The notes beneath the pieces were generated by a model, which saw only the letters and a program-made list of their open reading frames with translations, made no database searches and was not told where the DNA came from. DNA of 64,000 nt from Azolla caroliniana (Eukaryota; Plantae; Polypodiophyta): positions 372,001 to 436,000 of the forward strand of contig JBHGNT010000027.1 in assembly GCA_043228905.1 (NCBI GenBank). Direction: 5' to 3'. A program made the position numbers and the translations under genes. This document shows positions 12,374 through 23,292 of this stretch, piece by piece. Every line of letters begins with the position of its first letter. Position 1 is the stretch's first letter.

Positions 12374-12493
12374 TGCCGTAAACGATGAGTGTTCGTCCTT
12401 GGTCCGCGGATCGGGGGCCCAGCTAACGCGTTAAACACTCCGCCTGGGGAGTACGGTCGCAAGACTGAAACTCAAAGGAATTGACGGGGGCCT

Positions 12494-12526
<33 letters not shown>

Positions 12527-12633
12527 ACAACGCGCAAAACCTTACCAGCCCTTGACATATGAACACTTGACGTATGAACACTTGACATATGAACCGGTGT
12601 GCTTGTCCTTAACGGGATGAAACGAAAATTCAT

Positions 12634-12672
<39 letters not shown>

Positions 12673-13108
12673 CGTTTTTGGTTAACTCCTATAACGAGCG
12701 AAACCCTCGTTTTGTGTTGCTAAGATATGCTGCTCCCAGAGGATCAATGTCATCATTCACCCTCGGCAAGCAGGAACATAGAACATGGGCTGGCTTCCGA
12801 CGAACTTGAGGTTCCGACGAGCGAGCCGGTGGTAAGTGAGCCGCTTCATCGGTACCTGCCCATGAATCTGTGTTCAGTCAGCGGTTAGCCAGGATTGATG
12901 ACACTCCCTCTGTGCCGATGTTGCACTCACAAGAGACTGCCCGTAGTTCTACTATGGAGGAAGGTGAGGATGACGTCAAGTCCGCATGGCCCTTATGGGC
13001 TGGGCTACACACGTGCTACAATGGCAATTACAATAGGAAGCAGGGCCGTAAGGCGGAGCGAATCCAGAAAGATTGCCTCAGTTCGGATTGTTCTCTGCAA
13101 CTCGAGAA

Positions 13109-13158
<50 letters not shown>

Positions 13159-13379
13159 TGTACTCGGGCCCCGTACACACCGCCCGTCACACCCTGGGAA
13201 TTGGTTTCGCCCGAAGCATCGACCAGAGATCACCCATTACTAAAGTGTTCCATGCCGCCGTTGAGTGTGGCCCATTTTGGTATTGGTGGTCTTCTTGGCG
13301 CATATCACGGTTGGGTCAGTGACTGGGGTGAAGTCGTAACATGGTAGTCGTAGGGGAACCTGTGGCTGGAGGGAATCTC
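11553..13379 (+). rRNA. rrn18: Mitochondrial 18S rRNA (ends approximate)
   Basis: GAGTTTGATCCTGGCTCAG, GTGCCAGCAGCCGCGG, ATTAGATACCCTGGTAGTCC, GTACACACCGCCCGTCA, AAGTCGTAACA. Confidence 0.96.
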
Positions 13380-13732
13380 AAAGGGAAGCGCCAGCGTCCT
13401 TTCGTTAACTGTACTGACTTGATGAAGTTAATTCCAAGTTGGGTAAATGCCGGCCCGGCCCGGCCCGGCCCGGCCCGGCCGGATGAAGCGCTATGCGCGA
13501 GGAGGAAGCGCTTCTTCATGAAGCGCATGAAGGGATTGAAACCGTAGACCAATCGCGGATGAAGCGGTTAACAGTTGAGCTACCAGCGCGGGAAGGGAAA
13601 ATGTACGGTTAGTATCATATACATTCTTTGACTTTCGAGCCGCCTCATGACCTGTGAGACGTTAACTATTCAAAGACCCCAGCTGCTTGCTGCTTTCTTC
13701 GAGATTTCATGAACCTCGCTAAAGCCTAAAGC

Positions 13733-13765
<33 letters not shown>

Positions 13766-13984
13766 TGGAGTTCGAAAAACGTATAGATCGAAAGACGACG
13801 ACAAAGCGAAGGCCTTCATTGCATTGCTGCGACTTGCTTGCTGCAAGGACATAAGACTTTCTTTCTAGGCCCTTTTCCCTTCCCGAGATTGAGTGATGAG
13901 AGATCGGGTGCCAACCAAGCGGCTTAGGCGCTAATCGATAGCTTACGCCGGCCCTCAACCATTACTGCTGGGGATGGCCCACGC

Positions 13985-14020
<36 letters not shown>

Positions 14021-14094
14021 CGAGGTGTAGCGCAGTCTGGTAGCGCATCTGTTTTGGGTACAGAGGGCCATAGGTTCGAATCCTGTCACCTCGA
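14021..14094 (+). tRNA. trnP: tRNA-Pro(UGG)
   Basis: CGAGGTGTAGCGCAGTCTGGTAGCGCATCTGTTTTGGGTACAGA...GGTTCGAATCC. Confidence 0.94.
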
Positions 14095-14460
14095 TTATTG
14101 CCGTGTACTGGGCGGGTAACCTTTCGCTCCGTCCTTTTTCCACGTCTTTCTCTGCGCTTCTTGCGGCTTCTTGTGGCATAACTCTGTCCACGGATCAAAC
14201 AAGCATTGTAACCTGCCTGCCTGAAACTTCTCTGAAGACATGACCTTCTGAGTCATCTAGGCATTCATTTTGAAACCCGGAAATTTCGTATATAGAGTTG
14301 TGAAGACTATGCCTCCTATAGATAGTAGGAAATGGTTAACCCGAAGGTCCTAGGATTGAGAGGAGGTACTACAGATCGTAGTGCTTTAACCTCTTGCCAT
14401 AAGCATCTGGCTGGGTGTAGAGTTGATTCAAGCACGTCTTCATCAGGTTTTCAAAGCCAA

Positions 14461-14532
14461 GTCCCTTTCGTCTAGTGGTTAGGACATCGTCTTTTCATGT
14501 CGAAGAAACGGGTTCGATTCCCGTAAGGGATA
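14461..14532 (+). tRNA. trnE: tRNA-Glu(UUC)
   Basis: GTCCCTTTCGTCTAGTGGTTAGGACATCGTCTTTTCATGTCGA...GGTTCGATTCCCG. Confidence 0.93.
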
Positions 14533-14537
14533 ACTTT

Positions 14538-14573
<36 letters not shown>

Positions 14574-15124
14574 GGGAGGCTAGCAAAAGGTCCCTAGCCT
14601 CTTCGTTAGAGGGTTGAGCAAGAGGTCCACAGGACCCCAAGGTCCCGTAGTCCCCACGATGAGTGAGGGCTGGTTTCTCGTGGTTCAGAATGTAAACATC
14701 CCCCGCTGAACCCACCGCATCGTCTCATGTGGGTGTCTTAACACTTTCTGAATTGCCGACGACAAGACAATCTGTTCGTTGATCGAAGTCTTGAGCGATT
14801 GGGGGGTTCAGTTGAAATTTTGCTTGCCGGCTGACTGACGTTCTCAACAACCAACCAACGATGGGCCAACGAACGAACGAGACCATATGCACCGCGGCAT
14901 TCCCCTTCCCCGCGCGCGAGCCTTTTCATCCGGATGAACAAATTCGTCACTCAACGGCGGGCGGTCAATTCGCGTAGTTTTTATTTTGTGCACAATCTAA
15001 CTCTTGTGACCGAAAGCGTGCTCATGTCAACGAGACAAGTGCGCCGGAAGAGTCACTGGAGGAGTAGCGAAGGTGCGTGCCGGAGATCCCCCTTCGACTG
15101 ATGAGAGCGAATCAAACTCTGACG

Positions 15125-15157
<33 letters not shown>

Positions 15158-15835
15158 ACCTAGGACTTGTAAGGGACGAGAGGGGAGACTTCACATGGAG
15201 CGCCCAGGCTTACCGCCTAGAAGCCGGTTCATTATATCAGACCCGCTTCATCGGTTCCCCACAGCATATCAAAATCCTCATCGCCGGTCGACCCGCCAAT
15301 CTCTTCTCTTGAGGAGAAAAAAAGGCAAGATAAACCCTCGAAAAGGAATGCAGATCCGCTTTCATCGAGTTAACCTTTCAGAAAGAGATCGGCGCTCGTC
15401 CCTTCAGTCGCAAACCGAAGCCCGCTTCACCATAGATGGTGTGAAAAAGATCGATATATCGGTCATGTAATGACCTTGACCGCTACGCTTGATTAGATAC
15501 ATATTTTCTGCTGAGATAGATGCTGGGATAAAGCGCAAAGCTCTTTCTCAGCTTCCGCTCCTACTCGTGCTTGCTGGGAAAGCGGCGGGCGCCATGTTAT
15601 TTGGTTGGTGAGAGGCGCTTCTTCCGCCGGCTACAGACAGAAAGATTTCGGTACTGGCCCCCTATAGTATAGTCTGGTAAGGAAATTTAGTATATAGACG
15701 CGCCATTCGTTTAGCCAGCTTCCAGTCTCTATTCACTTTGAACTCTTCACAACTCCATCACCCTCTTATAGAGATAGGGAAAAAAGGGGGTTGCAGGGCT
15801 GGCTTCATTCGGGTCAATAATACACCCGTTCTCGT

Positions 15836-15908
15836 TTCGGATTAGCTCAGTCGGTAGAGCAGTGGACTGTTAATCCATGGGTCGCAAGTTCGAGTCTTGC
15901 ATCCGGAG
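15836..15908 (+). tRNA. trnN: tRNA-Asn(GUU), chlamydial-like type
   Basis: TTCGGAT..AGCTCAGTCGGTAGAGCAGTGGACTGTTAATCCATGG...ATCCGGAG. Confidence 0.92.
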
Positions 15909-16685
15909 AAAGTAACTGAAACAAACATGAGAATTGATCGACTAGAGCTTTTAAATAGGCCCGCATGAAATGAACCGGCGATAATCAAAAAAAGCCAGTC
16001 ATATAGGATAAATGGTAAGTAGATTGAATGGCAGGTATTGGTGAAAAGCCAGCCGAAGAAACGACGAAGAGTTGCTTGCTCCGCTTCTTCCGTTCCGCAT
16101 GAGCCGGGTATTGGTGCTTTTATAAGACGTGATGACCTTATCGATACCACAAGGATCTGGGCATGGCACCTACGAGACGACGACAAAGATGCCCGACGGA
16201 CGAAGATTCTCAATGGGATTGTTGACCAAGTGTCTCTCTCGAGAACAACAACGGTCCGCCATTTCTCAGGGATCCCCCGAACCACAGCTCGCGAATGGTA
16301 ACATAGGATAGTAACGGCCAATCAATTTACATTGCTTTGTGCTCTGTTCGGCTTTTTCATTGATTTGAAGGAGAATTCGCGGGCGGTTTAGTTTACTTTA
16401 ATCAATTAACCTGCTTCCGAGTCCAGTTCAATTATATGAACTTCCCTTCAATAAGTATACCCGAACTCAATGATCGAGAATACATGTATGTTATGCCTCG
16501 TAACAGATACGATACCACCTTCTTTACGCCTTTTTCCTTCTTTCTAAAGTGTCTTTGTTCGCAGTGTGGCGTCTTTTCTGTGTCGGCATATTCTGAGAGA
16601 GGATCCTAAGCGCATCTTTCTAACCCGCCCGAAATGGGTAAGGAAAGAAAAGGTGGGGGTTCCTAGAACAAATCCAGTGGGGACA

Positions 16686-16759
16686 GGGCCTGTAGCTCAG
16701 AGGATTAGAGCACGTGGCTACGAACCACGGTGTCGGGGGTTCAAATCCCTCCTCGCCCA
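16686..16759 (+). tRNA. trnR: tRNA-Arg(ACG), plastid-derived
   Basis: GGGCCTGTAGCTCAGAGGATTAGAGCACGTGGCTACGAACCACGG, essentially the chloroplast IR trnR-ACG. Confidence 0.93.
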
Positions 16760-17075
16760 CAATAATAATAATAGGGAGAACGAGAAGTCACCTTTCGCTT
16801 CGTGACGATTCTATCGAGAAGGACCGAAGCCTTGCTCTCGAGGCAATTATTTCAAAGACTTCGAGCGAGTGTTAAGCTGCTTGCTATTTCGCCATGACAT
16901 TTCTTAGAAGCTCCGAGCATAGGTGTACCGACGGCATTCAACATGGCCTCTATTTGTTTGATTCCTTGAACCTCTACTTGTTCGATTAGTCTATTGGAAG
17001 GGGTTAGGACGTGTAGATTAATCGATTTCTCTCTTCCCAATCGCTCAGAAAGTCAGTCAAAGCTTACTTTGAACG

Positions 17076-17158
17076 GGGAGAGTGGCCGAGTGGTTAAAAG
17101 CGACAGACTGTAAATCTGTTGAAGGTTTTCTACGCAGGTTCAAATCCTGCCTCTCCCA
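17076..17158 (+). tRNA. trnY: tRNA-Tyr(GUA)
   Basis: GGGAGAGTGGCCGAGTGG...ACAGACTGTAAATCTGT, long variable arm. Confidence 0.94.
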
Positions 17159-17615
17159 CCCAATAGGTTAGGTCTGAAAAAGATTTACGCTTTCACTGTT
17201 GTTAATGGATAGCGAAACGTATATCTGATGCTTTGCCTAGGCTAGAGAACTCCGCTCGTACCCTCCTCTTCCATGGAAATGAAACGAATTGACCTTTCCA
17301 CCAACCATTTTCTCCCTCAAACCAACTTTCCTAAGGAGGGCGCCACTTCGGTTCGGAGGGCTGCTTGCTTTTGGGCAAGCAACTTTGGTCGTCTTTCGGT
17401 ATAGTGAATACACCCCTCTGTCCGACCCGATTAACCCTGCAAACATATTCGTGGGATAGGAGGACCCAGAAAGGGCGGGCGTCCGAGCCGGGGATATTAG
17501 GGAATGAATCTATCCGTGTGTCCACGGCATACAACCGCAACTAAAGCGAAAAGCAGCAGGCGGGAAAAAAGGGGGCGGACCCCCACCCCGAAGTGAAGAG
17601 ATTCAATGAGACCAC

Positions 17616-17803
17616 TCGAATACATAGACAACGTGCCATTTCATGAGTGACTAGGAAAAGCAGAGAAAGGTATAAGAAGAGGAAACTAATCGACGAGAAA
17701 CTAATAGCTAGTAGCAACGATTTCTCAGGATCCATTGGTTTATATAGAATCCATCTTTTAGGCGTATCGAAATACATTATTTTCACCAGGCGTATATAAT
17801 AAA
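17616..17803 (-). CDS. nad2: NADH dehydrogenase subunit 2, exon 5 (stop probably CGA edited to UGA)
   Basis: YYIRLVKIMYFDTPKRWILYKPMDPEKSLLLA...LFLVTHEMA. Confidence 0.9.
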
Positions 17804-19253
17804 ATGGAGTGACCCCCAGTGTCCCAGGGTACCTAGTCCCCCTAGAACCGCGGGAGACAGTCGCCCATCATACGGCTCACCCACTCAACTTGCTTCGGAT
17901 GTTAGTTCTGAATCGTTCAGGTTCAGATAACTCCGCACGCATGAACCGCCGTTGGCTTTACGAACGAAGGAGCGGAGCAAGAAAGCTATAGCGCTTTCTC
18001 AGCCAGCGATGCCCACTTCAACAGCAGATTGGTCCTTATTCTCGAGGACTTATTTTCCTCCCCCATCCGCAGGGTCTTCGGCTCTCCCCTTTCATTCGGG
18101 GGGAGCGGGAGGGATACCGAGGGAAGGGGCGAGCCTGCTTATCCTCCCCTGTTTGATCTCCTTCAGACCACCTGCGGCCCTGTTCAAAAAGCTATGCATC
18201 CAAAGATTCACAAGGATCGAATCCCCTGTCTGAACTCTGTCAGACGCATCCAATGGATCCAACAAAAGGGGGTTAAGCAGAGTGAATACGTAGAGTCTAA
18301 TTCACCAAGGCTTTTACTATTTAGGCCCCTTCCCGGCTACCGGATCACTCAGTGCTTTCCCCTAAATGAAACCAAGACAAAGGGGTTCCTTTTAGGTAGG
18401 CGGGTACTATGGACCTTCTGCCGTCCATCGCAGAGCCCGCTATGGGAAGAGCGCAGTAAATAATCAGGAGAGGAACATTTCTATACAATTGGTAGAAAAA
18501 GAAACAGATACGTATAGATAGATGGATGTATCTATATCTATCTACCTATATATAGCAACGCCGCTTTCAATCTTTTCTTTGCGCACTCTTCCTTGCAAGC
18601 ACTCCCGGAGACCTGCCAGAAAACACTGTCGCTTGGCCAGCTTCACTTCTTCTCTCGAACTTGATTAACTTGGCCAACGAACGAACGAATAAGGCCTGTA
18701 GGGCGGGCGCGAAGCGGTTTTCATCATCATGCATGAAGGCGCGCGCGCGCGCCGGTTCATCATGAAGGCCTTCATGATGAACGCCTTTTCTGCGCTTCGC
18801 CGCTTTCTAAGACGAATTGTTCCTCTTGGATGGACTTCGCCGTTATTCCCTAAGGGCTGTATTATCATATCGAGATGCCGATTTGTTCCCTGTCCCCAGC
18901 AGCAGTGATATGGGTAATCTGCTCCGTCTGTCTTCGTCCGGCTTGCGTTGTTCTGATCACCGGCAGGGGGCACTTCAGCAATCGCGCGCTGTAACTGGCT
19001 GGGAGTCTCATCACACTGAAGGATACTTTGATTTACGGCAACTTAGGTTCATCTCGTGTAGTGATAGCGGCGGACTCATACAAGGATCTTGGGTAGGTTC
19101 ATGAGATCCTAGCGGCACCCCCTCACTTGCCCTTTCGTAGATGCGTTCTCTCCATCTGTCCTGCGACGTTTTGGTAAGCTACGCGTCCGGTGCACGACCC
19201 TGCCTGCCTGCAGGTCTCTTACACTGACTCTAGGCAACCCCTTCCGGCCGCCC
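17804..19253 (-). other. Group II intron nad2i1282g2
   Basis: 5' GGGCGG; domain V GAGCCGTATGATGGGCGACTGTCTCCCGCGGTTC; 3' CCAT. Confidence 0.88.
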
Positions 19254-19826
19254 AACGACTGATGACACTAGTAACTACCCCTATTAAAGCTAGTAAATAA
19301 GCCCCACAGCTCAGGGCGGCAAAGAACAAATGGAATTTGCTACGAAAGCCGGCTAACGGGAGTATTCCTGCGTATAGAAACATAGTAACGGACGGAGTAA
19401 TAGCTGAAATAAGATTAGTTTTGGCTAAAGCGCCTGAATCCGCTATATATTTGACACAGGTTTAACGTAATGCTAAAACTGTAGCGAATACATTAATGAT
19501 CATTGATATATGAATAGAGATACCAATTAGTGGTGATTAAATTCCTTCTGTGATTCCACGTGAAAAACCGATTGAAAGATAACCTACATGTCCAATAGAG
19601 CTATAAGCTGAAAGTCTTTTTACTTCTTTTTAGGCCATAGCGGCCAGTGCTCCTAGGATCATGAAAGCGATGCTGCAGAAAAGGAAGAGTTGTTACCATG
19701 TTAGATCGTGGAAACTATAGGGAGAAACACATAACATATTGGCAGGAATAGATATTTTAGGTGCAATGGGAAAAAATGCTGTAACCAGAGTAGGTAAACC
19801 CTCGTATACATCAGGTGCCCACACAT
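19254..19826 (-). CDS. nad2: NADH dehydrogenase subunit 2, exon 4
   Basis: WAPDVYEGLPTLVTAFFPIAPKISI...YAGILPLAGFRSKF; 573 nt. Confidence 0.92.
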
Positions 19827-20976
19827 ATAGGGTCGAAAGTAAATCATTAACCGAGCCGTGCAGCAAAGAAAGCTGTCGTTCACTCGCTGTTTGCCTAGCG
19901 AAGAGTTCAGAGAATTCCCGAATGACCTACTACAGTGCTCCCCGAACCGTACGTGATAGTCGCCCATCATACGGCTCTCTAACCCTACAACACTTGGATT
20001 AGATATACCCGAGAGTCCGCCGCCGCTTTCAGCCATTCCACACGCTGTCGGATAAGGTCACCGGGAATTAATTCGGCAGTGGATTTTGGACGGATAAAAC
20101 CTGCTCAGTAAAAGCAGGTATTAGATAGATAGACCCCTTCCTTTCCGTTGTTGCCAGTGCTTTCTCAGGCCGAGAAGAGAACAAGGCGCTTTCTTTGGTT
20201 TTCTCCGCCGCAGGTGAAGATGGCGTACTACCATCCGGCAGGTTTCCTTGAAAGAATGAAATTTGTTAGTTCGCTCCGCGAGCAAAGGCCAAAGGCTTTG
20301 TTCGGGGTCAAAGACCCGCGCGGCGCGCTCCTGGTTATCCCTTTCCTGAACGGAATGAGGTGAAGGAGCGTTTGCTGTGCCCCACTTCCCCGCCTTCAGG
20401 CAGGTTTTCGAGCCGCTCTTCTTGCCGGCTTGTAACATAAAGGCCGAAGTGGCACGCACGGAATGCGGCAGTGGGTACTAAAGGTCCTATGACTTCCAGC
20501 CGGGGATCTAGCTCACCGTTGGATCTCGCCGATACAGCCTATGGTTTTGGTGTCTCGGGATATCGTTTCGTTAATTGTCCCCAAGCCAAGCAAGGGGTTG
20601 AGTTGAGTAATCGGCTTTCATGCAGCTGTTTCCAGCTCCTCCAATCTAGACCTTGTCGCTGCTTAATCTCGACAGGCAGGAAGCACACCAACGCGTTTCC
20701 ACTGTGCTTGCTTGTGGCACAGGTTAACCAGGTGGCCAGTTGACTGGAACTTCGATTCGCCAGGCGGGCGGGCTTCTCTCGTGTGACACTATAGAAGAGT
20801 TCGCGCGGTGCCCTTCACCTCCTAGCCCCCAACCGCGCTTTTGTAACATGCTATAGTCTCACGCTCTTACGAGGTAGTGATGGGTTCCACGCTCCAGCAG
20901 CATAACATAAGGCGCCCCGATAGTACTGAGATTGGCCGCAATCTGCCGGTACCCACAGGCCGTCTTACGGCCGCTC
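19827..20976 (-). other. Group II intron nad2i709g2
   Basis: 5' GAGCGG; domain V GAGCCGTATGATGGGCGACTATCACGTACGGTTC; 3' CCCTAT. Confidence 0.88.
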
Positions 20977-21143
20977 GAAAAGAAACTGCAGTAATCTTGG
21001 ATAAGAAACCTACAGCAATGAATGGGATCCCCATAAAGATACCACTAGATTGAGCACTGAGCAAAGTGATTTCATATCCAGTGAAAGTCTTGGCTGATTC
21101 TTCAAAGTTAGTGATTCCAGTAGACCCATAGATCATAGAACAA
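20977..21143 (-). CDS. nad2: NADH dehydrogenase subunit 2, exon 3
   Basis: CSMIYGSTGITNFEESAKTFTGYEITLLSAQSSGIFMGIPFIAVGFLSKITAVSF; 167 nt. Confidence 0.92.
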
Positions 21144-22906
21144 ATAGGGCGACATAGGCTCCCATCCACACTCCACGTATAGACGCGAACCCCCTCGTAA
21201 CCGTACGTGCGACTTTCACTGCATACGGCTTGCACGGACACTATTGAACCTATCTCATTATGAGGCCTTCCACCTCGATCTTCATTTTGGAAATAAAACT
21301 GCGGGCATCGCATCGGGGGCGCGCGCGCCCTCAACGTTCATTACGTTAAAGGAATGGCGCATAGCGCTTACCAGCCAGGGGCGGGGCTTCAGCCACTCAA
21401 CTGAAGGGAAGGCCGGCAGAAGGAACGCCTCTAGTAGCTCTCCCCCCATTCTCACCTTGTTCTAAGGACCACTTGTTCATGATGGTATTTGCATAAGGCT
21501 GAAGGCTTACGGTTTATAACCTATAAGTATCTAATAATCGGGTCGCTCTGCGGCGCCTTCGCTGCGGACACGATGGATTTCCACTGGTCCTGCGCACCCA
21601 CCGCTTCATCCGGGCATCGTTCATTAAGCGGCTTCATCGGCGCGGTTTTCATCATGCGGGCGTTCCGAGAATGCCTGCCTGCCGGGGGAACCGAGGCAGA
21701 AACCTTGGTTCCCCCTTGCTAACGTCAGGTATATGTTGAAGTGTCTTGCGAAACCTTATCAAATTCCGGTTAAGCGGGAGACTGCACTCTTTTTTGTTGT
21801 TCCGCCGCAAGCAAATACTGTCGACAGTATTTCAGGTGTAGATGGTTGCCCTTTCGTCTAGGGGCGAGGTAGGCCATCAGAAGGTCCGCGCGCGGGCGGC
21901 GCTCTCTGTAACTCTGCTGCTGGCTGGCTGAGAGCCAATCCATCTTCAGTTTTTCCTCGCTTAACACATTGATAATGCCAGTATCATATTGCCCGTATCG
22001 TGGGAATGATTTAATAGGAGAACGCCGCCGGCCCGGCCCGGCCCGGCCCGGCCCGGCCCGGCCCGCCGCAAGGTTGGTTTGAAGAACGAAGGTTCTACAA
22101 AATAGAGAGCAAAGAATACGTACATATTCATATGTACATAGATATATCTATATAAGTGGATCGAATATCTTGTTTGACTGAAAAGTTTTACGAATCTTTC
22201 TCTCTCTTCTCGGAAGATTGAAGTTCTGAATAATTTCCCGTGGCAGGGGTGGGGTGTGATCATCGGATGTTTCCGTAAGCAGTAAACAGCAAATCTTTAT
22301 CCAAGACCATGTATTGGATAAAGCTGATAGTGCACGTGATCGGGGCCGAAGGCCTGATTCGTTTGGTAGATTTGGTCAAGGTTGTTGCGTACCCCGGAGC
22401 GATCCGTAAGTGGTGTACGGAAGTTCCTACGATCGAGTGTTCCTAGCCCCTGTGAACATTTTGGTGAATGTCTTAAAGAGGGCCTCTCTAACCGGTAAGG
22501 TGGGTGTCCACTTACTTCGGCCATTCCTGGCTTGTCTTCGATAACGCCTATCCCGGGAGAAGTCGGGACAAGGGCACTTGAGGGATCCTCGGCGGGACCC
22601 AGGAGAACATGTAGCGCTGGGTTGGGGTTTAGTGAACCAACTAAGGTCGCTCCTTTAGTTGAAGTATTGGGCTTCTTCGCACCCTCCCGTTGTCCTTGCT
22701 GGGTTACACTCTCTCTCGGGACCCTCCTCCAAGTATATTTCTTTCGCTCTACTTCTTCTAATCTTAACTTTACGCCGAGGACTCTTTCCGCCGCCATGGA
22801 ATGAGACCAGGAGAATCTCTATCCCAACCAGTGAGATGTCGCACATCGGAAATTAAGGCATAGCTCGTCGCCATCGCTGCCTATATCGGTAGTTGGCCAG
22901 TCGTAC
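21144..22906 (-). other. Group II intron nad2i542g2 (cis-arranged)
   Basis: 5' GTACGA; domain V AAGCCGTATGCAGTGAAAGTCGCACGTACGGTT; 3' CCCTAT. Confidence 0.85.
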
Positions 22907-23292
22907 CCAAACAATAATATTCCGGAGGAGAATGCACCTGAAATAGAATATTTTAGGCCGGCTTCCATGAAAAATTCAGAGTCTCTCTTCAAGGCTGCGA
23001 TCACATGAAAACATGAACTTTAAGGCTCGATAGCTAAATACATGGCAATTGAATCGCAGGCCAAGACCATGAAAGGCATACTGCGAGTGGAAGGTAAAGT
23101 TAATACAATGGATTCAGAAGCATTCAACCTCTCCCGTTTAAAATAATCCAAACACGTAACAATAGTACTAGCCGTACTTAATAGTGGCAATATTTCGCGA
23201 AAATATGTCGAATTGTCTTTCATACCATTATTATATGGTAGATTAGCAAACGTTATGGGTGCGCCAGCGGCGACCGGTACGATGGTTATTAG
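22907..23292 (-). CDS. nad2: NADH dehydrogenase subunit 2, exon 2
   Basis: [12 protein letters not shown]...[49 protein letters not shown]; 386 nt. Confidence 0.92.

Noticed and set aside
15660-15700. AGTATAGTCTG as the missing group I S element
   Set aside because: Not followed by P9, a terminal G or the GAAAGGCCA rrnL 3' exon
22297-22797. 166-aa ORF in nad2i542 as a maturase
   Set aside because: No RT/X-domain motifs, and it lies in the 5' part of the intron rather than domain IV
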